This document shows, in pieces, positions 42,762-53,963 of a stretch of DNA of 64,000 bases. The notes below the pieces were generated by a model, which was not told the DNA's origin, ran no database searches, and was given only the letters and a program-made list of their open reading frames with translations. Both the position numbers and the translations under genes were made by a program. Origin of the DNA: an uncultured Acidobacteriota bacterium (lineage in GTDB: Bacteria > Acidobacteriota > UBA6911); the NCBI GenBank assembly GCA_963843575.1, contig CAWJKZ010000018.1, positions 1-64,000 of the forward strand, written 5' to 3'. The stretch's first letter is position 1. Each line of letters starts with the position of its first letter.

Positions 42762-43795
42762 TCAGAGCCATCCGGCCTGGCGATACCATTGGGCCGTTTC
42801 GCGCAGGCGTTCGGCCAACGTGGCCGCGGGGGACCAACCCAACTGCGTGCGGGCCTTGGCGGATGAGCACGTCCACGACCCGGCCAGGGCTTCGGCCATC
42901 TTGTCGCTGTTCACCCAACCGGGACGTTGCCGCATGCGCGCCCAGCGAGTCGCCGCAAAGCCCGACCAGTCGCATGAGCGGTCCCGGGCATGTGCACCAC
43001 CGTGGCCCGCTTCTTTCCCAATGCCTGTGGCCATGGCCTGTCCCAGTTCGGCATACGTCGGATCGTGCCCCGGCCGCCATGAAGTAGACACCTTGGCCCG
43101 GCGCTCCGTCGGGGTGCAGACGCTCGCCTTTCTCGGCGGCCAGGAGCAGGAGTGCGACCAGGTCGGCCACGTGGATCAGCGAGAACGCGTCGTTCCTCCC
43201 GGCCGGGCACGACATGGAGCCCCGAGCGGGCGATCGGCCGGAACATTTCAAGCACGCCCCGGTCGCCGGGGCCGAAGACGATCGGCGGACGCACGATGGT
43301 GATCTCCATTTCTCCGGCATGCCTGGCCGCGGCCAGTTCGCCCGCCAGCTTGCTGCGACCGTAGGCGGAAACAGGTGCGGGCGAATCGCCTTCCACGCGA
43401 GGTTGGTCGCCGGCGCAAGGCCCCGCCGCGGCCAGCGAGGAAACCACGATCAACACCGGCCGCTCGGCGCGGTCCGCACAGGCAGCCGCGACGGATTCGA
43501 CGCCGCCCGCGTTCACGCGTGCGAAATCGGCCGTCCGCACCGCCTTCACCAGGCCCGCCAGGTGGAACACCACGCCGGCCTGCGACTCCGCCAGCGCCCG
43601 TTCAATGCCGGCGCGATCGGTCGCATCGCCCACGATGAGTTGGGCGCCTGATGATCGTAGTTCGTCGATGCGCGACGTGGCCCGCACCAGGCACGACACC
43701 CGGTCGCCACGCTCGATCAGCCGGCGCACCAGGTGCTGTCCGATAAAGCCGCTGGCCCCAGTGACCAGCACGGATTCTGCTTCCCTGGTTTTCAT
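42762..43795 (-). CDS. NAD-dependent epimerase/dehydratase (extended SDR; CerR/3-ketosphingolipid reductase-like); frameshifts in the 3' third
   Basis: VTGASGFIG, HLAG, VSSLAAAGP, YGRSK, RPPIVFGP, then SLIHVADL and KARTQLGW...WYRQAGWL* in other frames. Confidence 0.8.
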
Positions 43796-44034
43796 CGTCG
43801 TACCCTCCGCCGGGCGGCAACGATCACCAACCATAATTCTTGTCGGGATTATACGCGGTTCTCCAGTAAGAACCAACCCTCGCGGCCGGGCGGCGCCGGC
43901 CCAACGATTGAAAAGGCTTCTGCAAAATGGGTCAGGACTGGCGGTTTTCATCACTCAAATTGGGCTTGCAGTACTACGCGGACGAGAGATAATCAAGGAG
44001 AGATGCTCCACGATGATCGTGAGGTGACAGTCCT

Positions 44035-45202
44035 ATGGAAAATCCCGTCTCAAACGGAACGCTCATGGCCGGCATCGAGATCGTTGTTGTGGAAGGAGGT
44101 TCGGAACTAAAGGACTTCATCGACCTCCCCTGGAATCTCTATGCCGAGTACCCCAGATGGGTTCCTCCCCTCAAGAAGGAGGTTCGCCGGCTGCTGGATC
44201 CCCGCCGGCACCCTTTCTGGTCGTCTGCCGAGCGCCGGCTCTTTCTGGCCCGGCGCGGTTCGCAGGCGGTGGGCAGGATCGCGGGCATCATCGATCGTCG
44301 CTATAATGAGTTCCACGACGAACAGATGGGCATTTGGGGATTCTTCGAATGCGCTGACGATCCGGCGGCGGCAGCGGCCCTCTTTTCCGCCGTGGAGACG
44401 TGGGCTCGCCGGAAGGGCATGGCCTTCGTCAGGGGGCCGCTCAACCCGTCCACCAATTACGAGGTCGGGCTGCTCGTCGAGGGCTTCGATTATCCGCCGG
44501 CGTTGATGATGGCTTACAACCCGCCGTACTACTCCAGATTGGTCGAATCGTGCGGTTTCGCCAAAGAGAAGGACTTGGTCGCCTTCCTGATCGATGGCGA
44601 TTACCGGCTTCCCGAGTGGATGGACAGTCTGGCTGGACGGATAGCCCGAAAAAAAGGCATCCACATCCGGCCCTTTCGTCCCAAGGATGAGGACGCCGAG
44701 TTTGCCCGGATCAAGGAGATCTACAATGACTCCTGGTCCGCTAACTGGGGTTTCGTCCCCCTGAGCGATGAGGAGATGCGGGACATTCAGAAGAGCGTGA
44801 TGACCTTCGCGGATCCCGACCTGGCTTTCTTCATCTATTACGAGGACGAACCGGCGGCGGTCTGCGTAATCTTCCCCGACATCAACCCATTGCTCAAGCG
44901 TCTCAACGGGCGGATCGGCCTGCTGGGTTTGCTGAAGGCGCTCCTCTATCGCCGGGAGATCACCGGATTGCGATGTTTGATGTTCGGGATCAAGGACAAG
45001 TACCGGCAATTGGGAATCCCCATGTTGGCCTTCCACCACATCTTTGAGGTTGTGCAGGCAAAAGGACAAATACCGTTCTCTGGAGTTGGGCTGGACCCTG
45101 GAGGACAATGAGGCCGTCAACACCTTGGCCGTGGAAGCGGGCGCAAGACCATACAAGAGATATCGCATATTCAGAAAATCTTTGTCATTCCGCGTCGCGT
45201 AA
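44035..45202 (+). CDS. GNAT N-acyltransferase of the bacterial ceramide synthase (bCerS)-like family; frameshift at ~45060
   Basis: FIDLPW..Y...WVPPL, GRIAG, GFFE, GPLNPSTNYEVGLL.EGF, MMAYNPPYY, NDSWSANWGFVP. The C-terminus ELGWTLEDN...KRYRIF is in a shifted frame ending TAA 45202. Confidence 0.82.
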
Positions 45203-45231
45203 ACGGCTGGCATTTCAGTGGAGGTCTGGGC

Positions 45232-48200
45232 ATGTTGGCTGAGGAGCAGGTTCCCATCATTGCTTTTGTCTGGAGACCTGGCGAGATAAGCCCGCCTGTG
45301 TCCGAAATGGCACAACGCACGGGCAGCCGGGCCATCTTCGATTTTTCCACGATGGGGGCGGAAGCACTGCATTCGTTCTTACAAACGGCTGACCCTGCTG
45401 GCCATGTCAGCGATATCAAGATTTCCGCCTCCGCCCTGATGAATCCATCCATCGGCCGGATCCTGAAGGAAACAGGTGCCCGGAATCTCTGGGTGGAATG
45501 CCAGTCCCAGTTCTTCCCGGGGGATCCTTCGGCCTTTCTACAGCGACTGCGGACCTTGTCGGAAGACTACCGCTGCTTTCCCATTGTCGGGGACGTGCCT
45601 CTCCTGGCCGCCATGGTCAAGGATGGTTCGGGCATCGGGCGCATCGTCCTCAAGGGCTGCGAGGCCGCTGGATTCGTGAGCGGCGAGACGACCTTGGTCC
45701 TCTATGCGGCGGCCAAGGAAATGTTGCGCGCCTCTGCGAAGTCTCTGGACGTCCTCATCTGGGGCGGCGTCTCCACCCCCGAGGCGGCCGCGGCCTTCCT
45801 GTCCACCGGAGCCGCCGGTATCGTCTTCGAGAGCGTCCACTGGCTGACTGATCTGGTGGTCATGGACGATCGCCAACGCCAGCAACTCGCCAGACTCCGC
45901 ATGGATTCCACTGCTCTGGTGGGCTTGGACCTGCAGGTTCCGTGTCGCCTTTTCAACAAAGGGAACTCGCTGGCCTTCAAGAAGATCCAGGCGTTCGAGG
46001 ACTCGCTGTGCGCCGCCGAGATCACGGACGAAAGCCGTCGTGCCTTCGTCGGCCAGGTGCAGGCCAGCGCCCTCCACCCCCTGGACAGCCATTTCACCCA
46101 GAGCGAGGTCATCCCTCTGGGCGTGGAGGCGGCCTTTGCCGCGTCGTTTGCCGAGCGTTTTGGCACCGGAACCGAGAAGGCCGTGAAAGCCTTCATGGCG
46201 GAGATGCGGAACTTGTGCGGCGCAGCCGAGGCGAAGAAGGATTGCTTCCTGGACAGCCCCGTAGCCCGGGAGATGGGCATCAAATACCCCTTTATCCAGG
46301 GTGCCATGTCCTCGATCACCGATATCCCGGAGTTTGCCTCCGAGATTGCTGATGCCGGCGGACTGCCCACCATCGCCCTCGGCCTGATGGATGCCCAGGC
46401 CCGTGACCGCAGGCTGGGACGCTTGCCGGAGATCATGGGCGGACGCCCGTATGCGGTGAATGTCGTCTCTCTGGCCGAGAACCCGTTCCGGGAAACGCAT
46501 CTGGCCTGGATAAAACAACACCGACCCCGTTTTGTCTGGATCGCCGGAGGAGATCTCTCCCCCATAAGAGAATTGCTGCAATGCGGCATTGGCGTCGTGT
46601 ATATCGCCCCTGATGAGGCCCTGTTGAAGCTCGCCCTGGAAGCGGGCGTCCGCTACGTGGTCTGCGAGGGCTACGAGGCCGGCGGCCACGTGGGGCAACA
46701 TAGCACGCTCACCCTGGCGCAAATGGTGCTGGACCTCAAACGTCGCCAGCCATCCCTGTTCCGGGACTGTCGGGTGATCCTGGCCGGGGGCATCTTCAAT
46801 CGGGAAACCGCCTTCATGGCCGGCCTGCTCGGCGCCGACGCCATCCAGATGGGCACGGCCTATCTGGCCACCCGGGAGATCGTTGAAACGGGCGCCCTGG
46901 CGGCCCTCTATCAGCGGATGATCGTGGAATCGCCGCCGGGGGGAACGGTCGTTTCGGGCCAAAGCACCGGACTTCGCGTGCGCTCCTTGAGGACCCCGAG
47001 AGTGGCCGCCGTCTTAGCTCTGGAACGGGAGTTTGCCGCGGGCCACCAGGACGAGCAGTCTTTCCGCAAGAAAATGGAGGAGATGACCGCCGGCAGCCTC
47101 TTCGTCGCGGCCCGAGGCGTGGACCGCCAAAGCGGGCGGCCGCTGGATGAGCAGGCGTGTCTGGAACGCGGGCAATTCATGAGCGGGTCCTGCGCCGGAC
47201 TGATCGGTAAAGTCCAGAAGCTGGAGTCCTTTCACCGCGAGTTGGCCGAAGGCCCGCTCTTGCTCCATCAGCCCTTTGCGACGTCGACCGCAAAAACCTC
47301 GGCACCTTCACCCGACGCGCCGCTACCCGCGGAAATCCCCACTCCCGTGGTTGGCCGGGGACCGAAGGGCGTCGCCCGCCTGAGAGACGATCGCGACCGG
47401 GTGGCCATCAGCGGGATGAGCGTCCTCAATGCCCTCGGGAAGAGCCCGGAAGAGGTCTGGGCGGCAAGCCTGGCCATGAAGAGCGGCGTTACCTTGGTGC
47501 CGTCTTCCCGGTGGAATCACGACCGCTTTTATGATCCGCGGCCGCGCGTCACGGACAAGACCTACTGCCAGGTGGGCGCCTTTGTGGACTTTCATGTCTC
47601 ACGCAATGAACTGGGGATTCCCCCACAGGATTTCCGGACCATGACCTCGGCCACCAGGATCACCATGTGGCTGGCGCAAAGGGCCATTCGGGCCTCCGGC
47701 ATCCTGGAGTCAGGTATCCCGCGCGAGCGCATCGCGGTCCTCATCTCCCAGAACTCCGGAGAGGCGGCGGGCACCCTCACCGGTATGATCATCAGGGAGT
47801 ACGTGCACGAAATCCTCTCCGCCATCAAGCGGGCCGTTCCCCTCACCCCGGATCAGGAGAGCGCCATCGAACGGGAGGTGAAGTCCGGACGCATGGCCCC
47901 GGACGACACCACGCTTCTGGGCCGACTCAACTGCACCGCCGCCGGCTTCATCTGCAACCGCTATGGCTTCATGGGGCCCAGCTATTCGGTCTCCGCCGCC
48001 TGCGCCACCTCCCTGGTCGCGCTCTACAGCGCCCTGCAGATGATCCGCAACGGCATCATCGACGCCGCCATCGTCGGCGGAGGCGAGGATGATCTCACGC
48101 ATCTGCATTTCCTGGAATTCTCCGCCCTGGGCGCGCTTTACGGGTTGTCGGGACGGCCGCGGCCGCCTCACGAAACCTCTCGCCCCTTCGATGCTGAAAG

Positions 48201-51200
48201 AGACGGGATGGTCCTCGGCGAAGGCGGGGGCATGATCGTCATCGAGCGCGAGAGCCTGGCCCGCGACAGAGGGGCCCCGGTCCATGCGGTCATCACCGGC
48301 ATGGGCGCAAGCAACAACCATCTGGGCATGGTCGAGTCCTCCAGCGTCACCCAGGAAATCGCCATCCGCGCTTCTTTCCGCGGAATGCCCTATGGGCCCG
48401 ACGCCGTGGACCTGGTGGAATGCCATGCCACAAGTACTCGCCAAGGGGACGTGGAGGAGGTCCGTGCCCTGAAGACATTCTTCAATTCCTCCAAGCGCAC
48501 AGTGCTCACGTCATTCAAATCCCAGATCGGACACACACTGGGCGCCTCTGGCATTAACAACCTCATTCGAGGAGTCATGGCCATGAAGGCGGGGGTTTTC
48601 CCCCCCACCCTCAACTACACGCACCCTGATCCGGAAATCGACTCGAACGGATCGGGTCTCCTCATCGCCCCAGAGCCGCTCGATTGGAAGTGCGAGACCG
48701 GCCGGCCAAGAAGGTTTCAGGTCAACGCCTTCGGGTTTGGAGGTTCCAACTACGTGGTTCAGGTGGAGCAGGCCCTGGATGGTGAGGATACGATTCTGGT
48801 CTCCACGGGCAGAGAGGCGCGTCTCGCCGCGGAGACGGCCGATGACCCTGCCGTGCTCCAGGGCGTCTCTTTCTTCCGGACCGAGATGGCCGGCCGCACC
48901 TGCCGGATGGCCGTTGTCGCACCATCTGCCGAAGAGGCCCTCACGGTCATCGAGCGCTCCGCCTCCCTGGCCGAAGCCGCGGTCGCCTCACCCAAGGCGG
49001 CGCGTTCCCTGGCGCAGCAGGGCCTCTTCATCAGCCCCGAGGATCCGCCCGTGCCGCCGCTCGCTCTGGTCTTTCCCGGACAGGGGGCCCACTATGCCGG
49101 CATGGGCCAGGCGCTCTACGAGTCCTTTCCCGTCATCAAGGAGTGGATGGATCGGGCGGCCGCCGCCGCCACGGACTTCGACCTTCTGCAATTGTTATTC
49201 CATGATCGAGAGGAGAACCTGCAGAAGACCCGCTGGCAGCAACCGGCCCTGTTCGCCCTGGAGCACGCCATGGCTCGATACCTCATCACTCTTGGTATCC
49301 ACCCTGTGGCTATGGCCGGCCACAGTTTGGGCGAACTGACCGCCCTATGCCTGGCCGGTGTCTATTCCCTGGAGGACGGGTTTCGAATCGTGAACAAGAG
49401 GGCCCTCTGCATGGACAAGGCCGCTGCTATGCACGTGGACCCCGGCGTCATGGAGGCCACGGACGCCCCTCTGGATCTGCTGAAAGAGATGATCCGGGGA
49501 CGGAAGGATGTCCACATTGGCAATATCAATTCACCGAACCAGGTCGTCCTGAGTGGCGACACCGAGGCGGTCAAAAATCTTGGTAACAGACTGAAGGAGA
49601 AGGGATACCGGTCCACCCTCCTGCGGGTCAGCATGGCCTTCCACTCTCCTATCATGAGGCTTATCCATGATGAGCTCGAGGCGTACGTTGCCTCCATCCC
49701 ATTTCATTCCCCGCAGATCCCCGTCATCTCCAACACAACCATGGCACCGTACCCATCAGATCCCGGTGAGATCAGGCGCATCCTGATGGCCCACCTGGAA
49801 TCTACCGTCCATTGGATGAATAATGTCCAGACTCTCTGGAATGACTACGGCATCCGGCTCTTCGTGGAGGTGGGTCCCGGCGACATATTGAGCAATCTCA
49901 TCGCCGACACGCTCCCTGAACCGCTGTGCCTCCAGACCTGCCTGCCCACCGCGGAGAGCCACACGTACCGGACCGCCCTGGCGCAGCTCTTCGTTCACGG
50001 ACATCTACAGGTTCGGGAAGAACCGCGGTTCGTCTCCCTCCCGGCATCCCGGAAGGCTCCCGCGTCTCACCGCCACGCCCCAGCCGGAGAACAGTCCTCC
50101 CCGCCCCCTTGATCGCCCCCCGACCACCCCGGACGGACAGGCCGCCCCGGCCCTTGCCGAAGCGCCTGAGCGTCAGGACCACCTGGAGGCGATTATTCGC
50201 ATCATCATGGATGCCACCGGATTCGACCGGGACGAAATCCAACCCGATATGGATCTCAGAAGAAACCTCTCCATCCGCTCCAGCCGTCTGCCGATCATCA
50301 TGGATGCCGCGGAACGCCAGTTCGGGATCACTATCGAATTGGAGGACTTTATCCATGTCCGCACCGTAAGAGACATCGCCCAGCGGATCTCCGCGATCGT
50401 CGCCCGGCAGGAAGGCGCCGGCGAGCGGCCCGCCGCCAAGGCGGCTGACCCCGGCGCGGCGCCGGCCGGAATCCCTGAGCCGTCAGCGGATGAGGCGCTT
50501 CTGAAGCGGCTCGTTTTCAACCTCGCCCCTGTGGAGCCGGCAGCTTCCATGCCCGTGGAATTGAGCCCCGGCGAGGCCGTCCTCCTCCTCTCGCCGGACC
50601 AGGATGACGCACTGGCCAAGAGTGCGGGAGACCTGCTCCGCCAGGATTACGGTGTTGACACTTTTCCCCTGCCATTCATGCCAGAGCACTTGGGGCCGGG
50701 CGAAGAGGGCCACGACATTCTGAATGCCGCGGGAGTCGCCAGGACCTCAGAGAAAATCTCGGGCCTCGCCTCCCTCGCGGGGCTGGTCATCACCTTGCCT
50801 CAAGACGGGTCGGAACGGTTGGCCGGCATGGCGGATGTTTCGCGGCTGCTCACCGGGCTCTTTCAACTCCTGAAGGCTTTTCTCCAATCACCATCCAGGA
50901 AATTCGTCGTCCTGATTCATGCCCGCGAGGATACCGACACTCTCGGTCGGCTGCTGACGGAGGGGCTGCTCGGACTGTTTCTGAGCGCCGCCCAGGAACA
51001 CCCCGCGGTCCAGTTTCGCACGCTGGAAATCGACCGGGACACCGACCTGCCCCTGGCCCTGCGCGCCGCTCTGGACAAGGGCTGCGCCGCGGTGGAACTC
51101 ATTCATCGCGAAGGCAAGGTCTTCACCTCGCAGGGACACCTGGCCCCCGCGGTCTTCGGCGATCCGCCAAGTCTGAAGTTGAACCCCGGAGACGTTGTAG

Positions 51201-52936
51201 TCATGTCTGGAGGCGCCACGGGGATCAGCGCCCACCTGGCCCGCAGTTTGGTGCCCTTCGCGCCTCGCCTGGTCTTTCTTGGCAGGACCCAGCTGGAACC
51301 GCACCCCGAGCCTTCGTCTTCTGCATCTGCCCCTGACAAATCCCGAGCCCGCGAGATCGCCCAGACCCTGGCGGATTTGCACGCCTCAGGAATCGAGGCC
51401 ACGTACCTGACCTGCGATGTAACCGACCCCGAGGCGGTTCGTGTTGCCCTGGGCGAGGTGGCCGGCCGCTATGGCCGGATCGACGGCATCATTCACGGCG
51501 CCGGCGTCCTCCGGGACGGTTTCCTCGACCAAATGACCCCTGAGGATTTTTCCCTCGTCGCGGACGTCAAATTCCTGGGAGCCTGGAATCTATTCTCGGC
51601 GGCAGAGGGGGCGGGCTTGAGGTTCTTCGTGGGCCTTTCCTCGGTGGCGGCCATCCAGGGAAATCCCGGCCAGACCAACTACGCTGCCGCCAACCGCATG
51701 ATGTCGGCGCTACTCCGATACCTCCGCCGCAGGAACGGCGCCATCCGCTTCAAGGCGTTGATGCTGCCCCCGGTCGAGGGGACGGGCATGGCCGAGAACC
51801 CGGAGGTCCGGGACTTGCTCAGACGCCGAGGCGTGGCCTACGTCCACGTCCATGAGCTTGCCGGCCTGTTCTGCCGGGAACTCTTCGTCGCCCCGGCCGA
51901 CGACGATTGGGTCATGTTCATCAGGACCCTGCCCTCCGTGAAGACGGCACCGCTCGGTGATATCAGCCACCCCGCGCTCAGTGGACAACTGGATGGCGGC
52001 CCCGTGGCCTTCAGCCCTCGCGACTTCCCCATGATCGATGGCATCTCTTGCCTGGACCTCCGCCGGGAACACTTGGAGGCCTCCAGGTCCTTCTCCAGGC
52101 AGAACGATCTGTGGATCGCGGATCACCGGCCACTCAAGTCCCTCGCCCATCCTCTGGTTTCCGCCGCCATGATGCTCGAGACCTTCATGGAATCCGCCCG
52201 CATCCTCTATCCCCACCTCCAGGTGCGGGGCGTGCGCCAGGTGCGTTTCATGGACATGATCTCCTGTCCTCCTGAGGTTCCCCGGTCTTCCAGAATCTCC
52301 TGCCGCCGAGCCGGCGTCGACCCTCGTGAGGTAGTATGCGAGGCCTCTCTATCCGTACAAGAGATCTCCCCCACGGGCCGGCTGGCCGACCGCTTCATCC
52401 CACACTGCACGGGCCAGGTGCTCCTCGGCGGCGGGCGTGGAGAACTCGCCGAGTGGTTCCAGGATTTTCCTGTCCGTCCGGATGAGCTGCGGACTCCGCC
52501 CGTGAATCATGAAAAAGTGCTCAAATGGTACGAAGAACGAACCGGACTCAACGGCAGATATCGCGTGCTGGAGGTCATTGACGGTGCCGGTCCGGGGCTG
52601 ATACGGGGCCGAACCATTTACCGGGAGACCGGTGATTTCGCGCATCTGCACGCCGCGCGCTACCAATACTCTCCCTACCTGTTCGAGGCCCTGATGCAGT
52701 TGGCCGCCTTCCACATGCTGGCCATAGACCCACACGATCGCCGCTCGATGCTCCCCACAGAGATCGGCGAGATGCGGTTTCTGCGCCAATGCCGGCCGGG
52801 CGAACAGATAACCCTGGAGGCCCGCCTGCGGGTTCAGGACCACGAATCTCTCGCCTGGGACGCCCGGGGACTTGACGATCAAGGCCTCACTATAATGCAG
52901 ATTCGTACGATGCGCATGCACTGGGTTTCGCCGTGA
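45232..52936 (+). CDS. Iterative type I PKS/FAS (PfaA/PfaD-like): ER-like, ER(FabK), KS, AT, ACP, KR, DH; frameshift at ~50100
   Basis: LKGCEAAG; PFIQGAM, EGYEAGGH, AGGI, QMGTAY; KS ACATS/ECHATS/GHTLG; AT GHSLGE/AFHS; ACP-like DLRRNLSIRSS; KR SGGATGI/HGAG/YAAAN; DH IADHRP/FEALMQ. The frame upstream of Met 50207 is open and ACP-like. Confidence 0.9.
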
Positions 52937-53727
52937 CGCGGCTCGAACAAATGGGGGCAGCCGTGGCACAGGATCGCCAGGAAGTCATCGTTCAGTCCGT
53001 GCGTCTCGTTCCTTGCGGGTGCGTTGTCTTCTATGCCTCCGTGCCAGGGAACTCCGCAAGCTCCAGCGGATCCGCGACCATTCGGACGGAAAACCGTCGT
53101 CGGCTCGTCGCCATCCTCTGGGAGCACCTTCGGGCGAAGGGAAGTCCTCTCTGGAAACGCCCCCATTTCTCCAACAGAGTCGCAGTCCCGATTCAGATAG
53201 TCCACGATACGCTGGGTCGGCCTCGTCTCCTGTTGGGAGAACAGCGGGGCCCGGCCATCTCCTTCAGCACGGCGGGCGAAGAAGTCTGGGCCGCCCTCTG
53301 TGACGACGACTCGACTATCGGCATCGATGTGGCCGGAAGCGCCGAATTCCAGGATGGTTACCCCGTGCACCGGGTCTTCCACGTTCAGGAGCTTCACCAG
53401 GCATTGGAGATGGCGGGCGGAGACTTGGCCAAGGCCGCGGCGCTGCTCTGGTCTATCAAGGAAGCCGTCGCCAAGGCCCTTGGGTGCGGCTTTCATCTTG
53501 TGGATCCGCGGGACATCCATGTCTATCCATCGGCAGCAGAGGATAGCGGGCCTGCCTTTTCCGCACGCTTATCAGGGAAAGCTTTGGTGCGTTTCCCCAT
53601 GGCCGACCGCCGGCCTATCACGGTGTGTTCGCTGCCCCACGCCGAGACGTGGCTTTCCGTCGCCGCCTTGAATTGGCCGCGGCCGTCTGTCGCCAATAGT
53701 CCATCGCTCCGGTCTTCGTGCCCTTGA
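52933..53727 (+). CDS. 4'-phosphopantetheinyl transferase (Sfp-like)
   Basis: GRP, ISFS, IGIDV, LWSIKEAVAKALG; GTGA overlap with the PKS stop. Confidence 0.88.
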   Translation: MTRLEQMGAAVAQDRQEVIVQSVRLVPCGCVVFYASVPGNSASSSGSATIRTENRRRLVAILWEHLRAKGSPLWKRPHFSNRVAVPIQIVHDTLGRPRLLLGEQRGPAISFSTAGEEVWAALCDDDSTIGIDVAGSAEFQDGYPVHRVFHVQELHQALEMAGGDLAKAAALLWSIKEAVAKALGCGFHLVDPRDIHVYPSAAEDSGPAFSARLSGKALVRFPMADRRPITVCSLPHAETWLSVAALNWPRPSVANSPSLRSSCP

Positions 53728-53741
53728 GACCCAAAGATTAC

Positions 53742-53882
53742 CTGGGGGCAGACCTGGCGTACGTCTCGGCGCAGCCGGGGCATGCGAATCCGTCGATCAC
53801 GCTGAGGATATACTCGCACTGGGTGCCGCGCCCGGACCCAGGAGCCGGGCAAGGATGGCGAGGACTTGGACGAAAAGGATGA
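53742..53882 (+). mobile_element. Tyrosine recombinase (phage integrase) C-terminal remnant
   Basis: LGADLAYVSAQPGHANPSITLRIYSHWVP matches box II (L)GH...T..Y.H. Followed by TGTGCCACGAATTTGCCA at 53932-53949. Confidence 0.8.
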
Positions 53883-53963
53883 CGAGATCGCGCGTCGCCG
53901 CATCATAACAAATCGGGAAATCGCCTGAGGATGTGCCACGAATTTGCCATTCGCGAGGAAACC

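Noticed and set aside
45232-52936. Canonical PUFA synthase (pfaABCD)
   Set aside because: Single ACP, no KS-CLF and no FabA-type PfaC gene.
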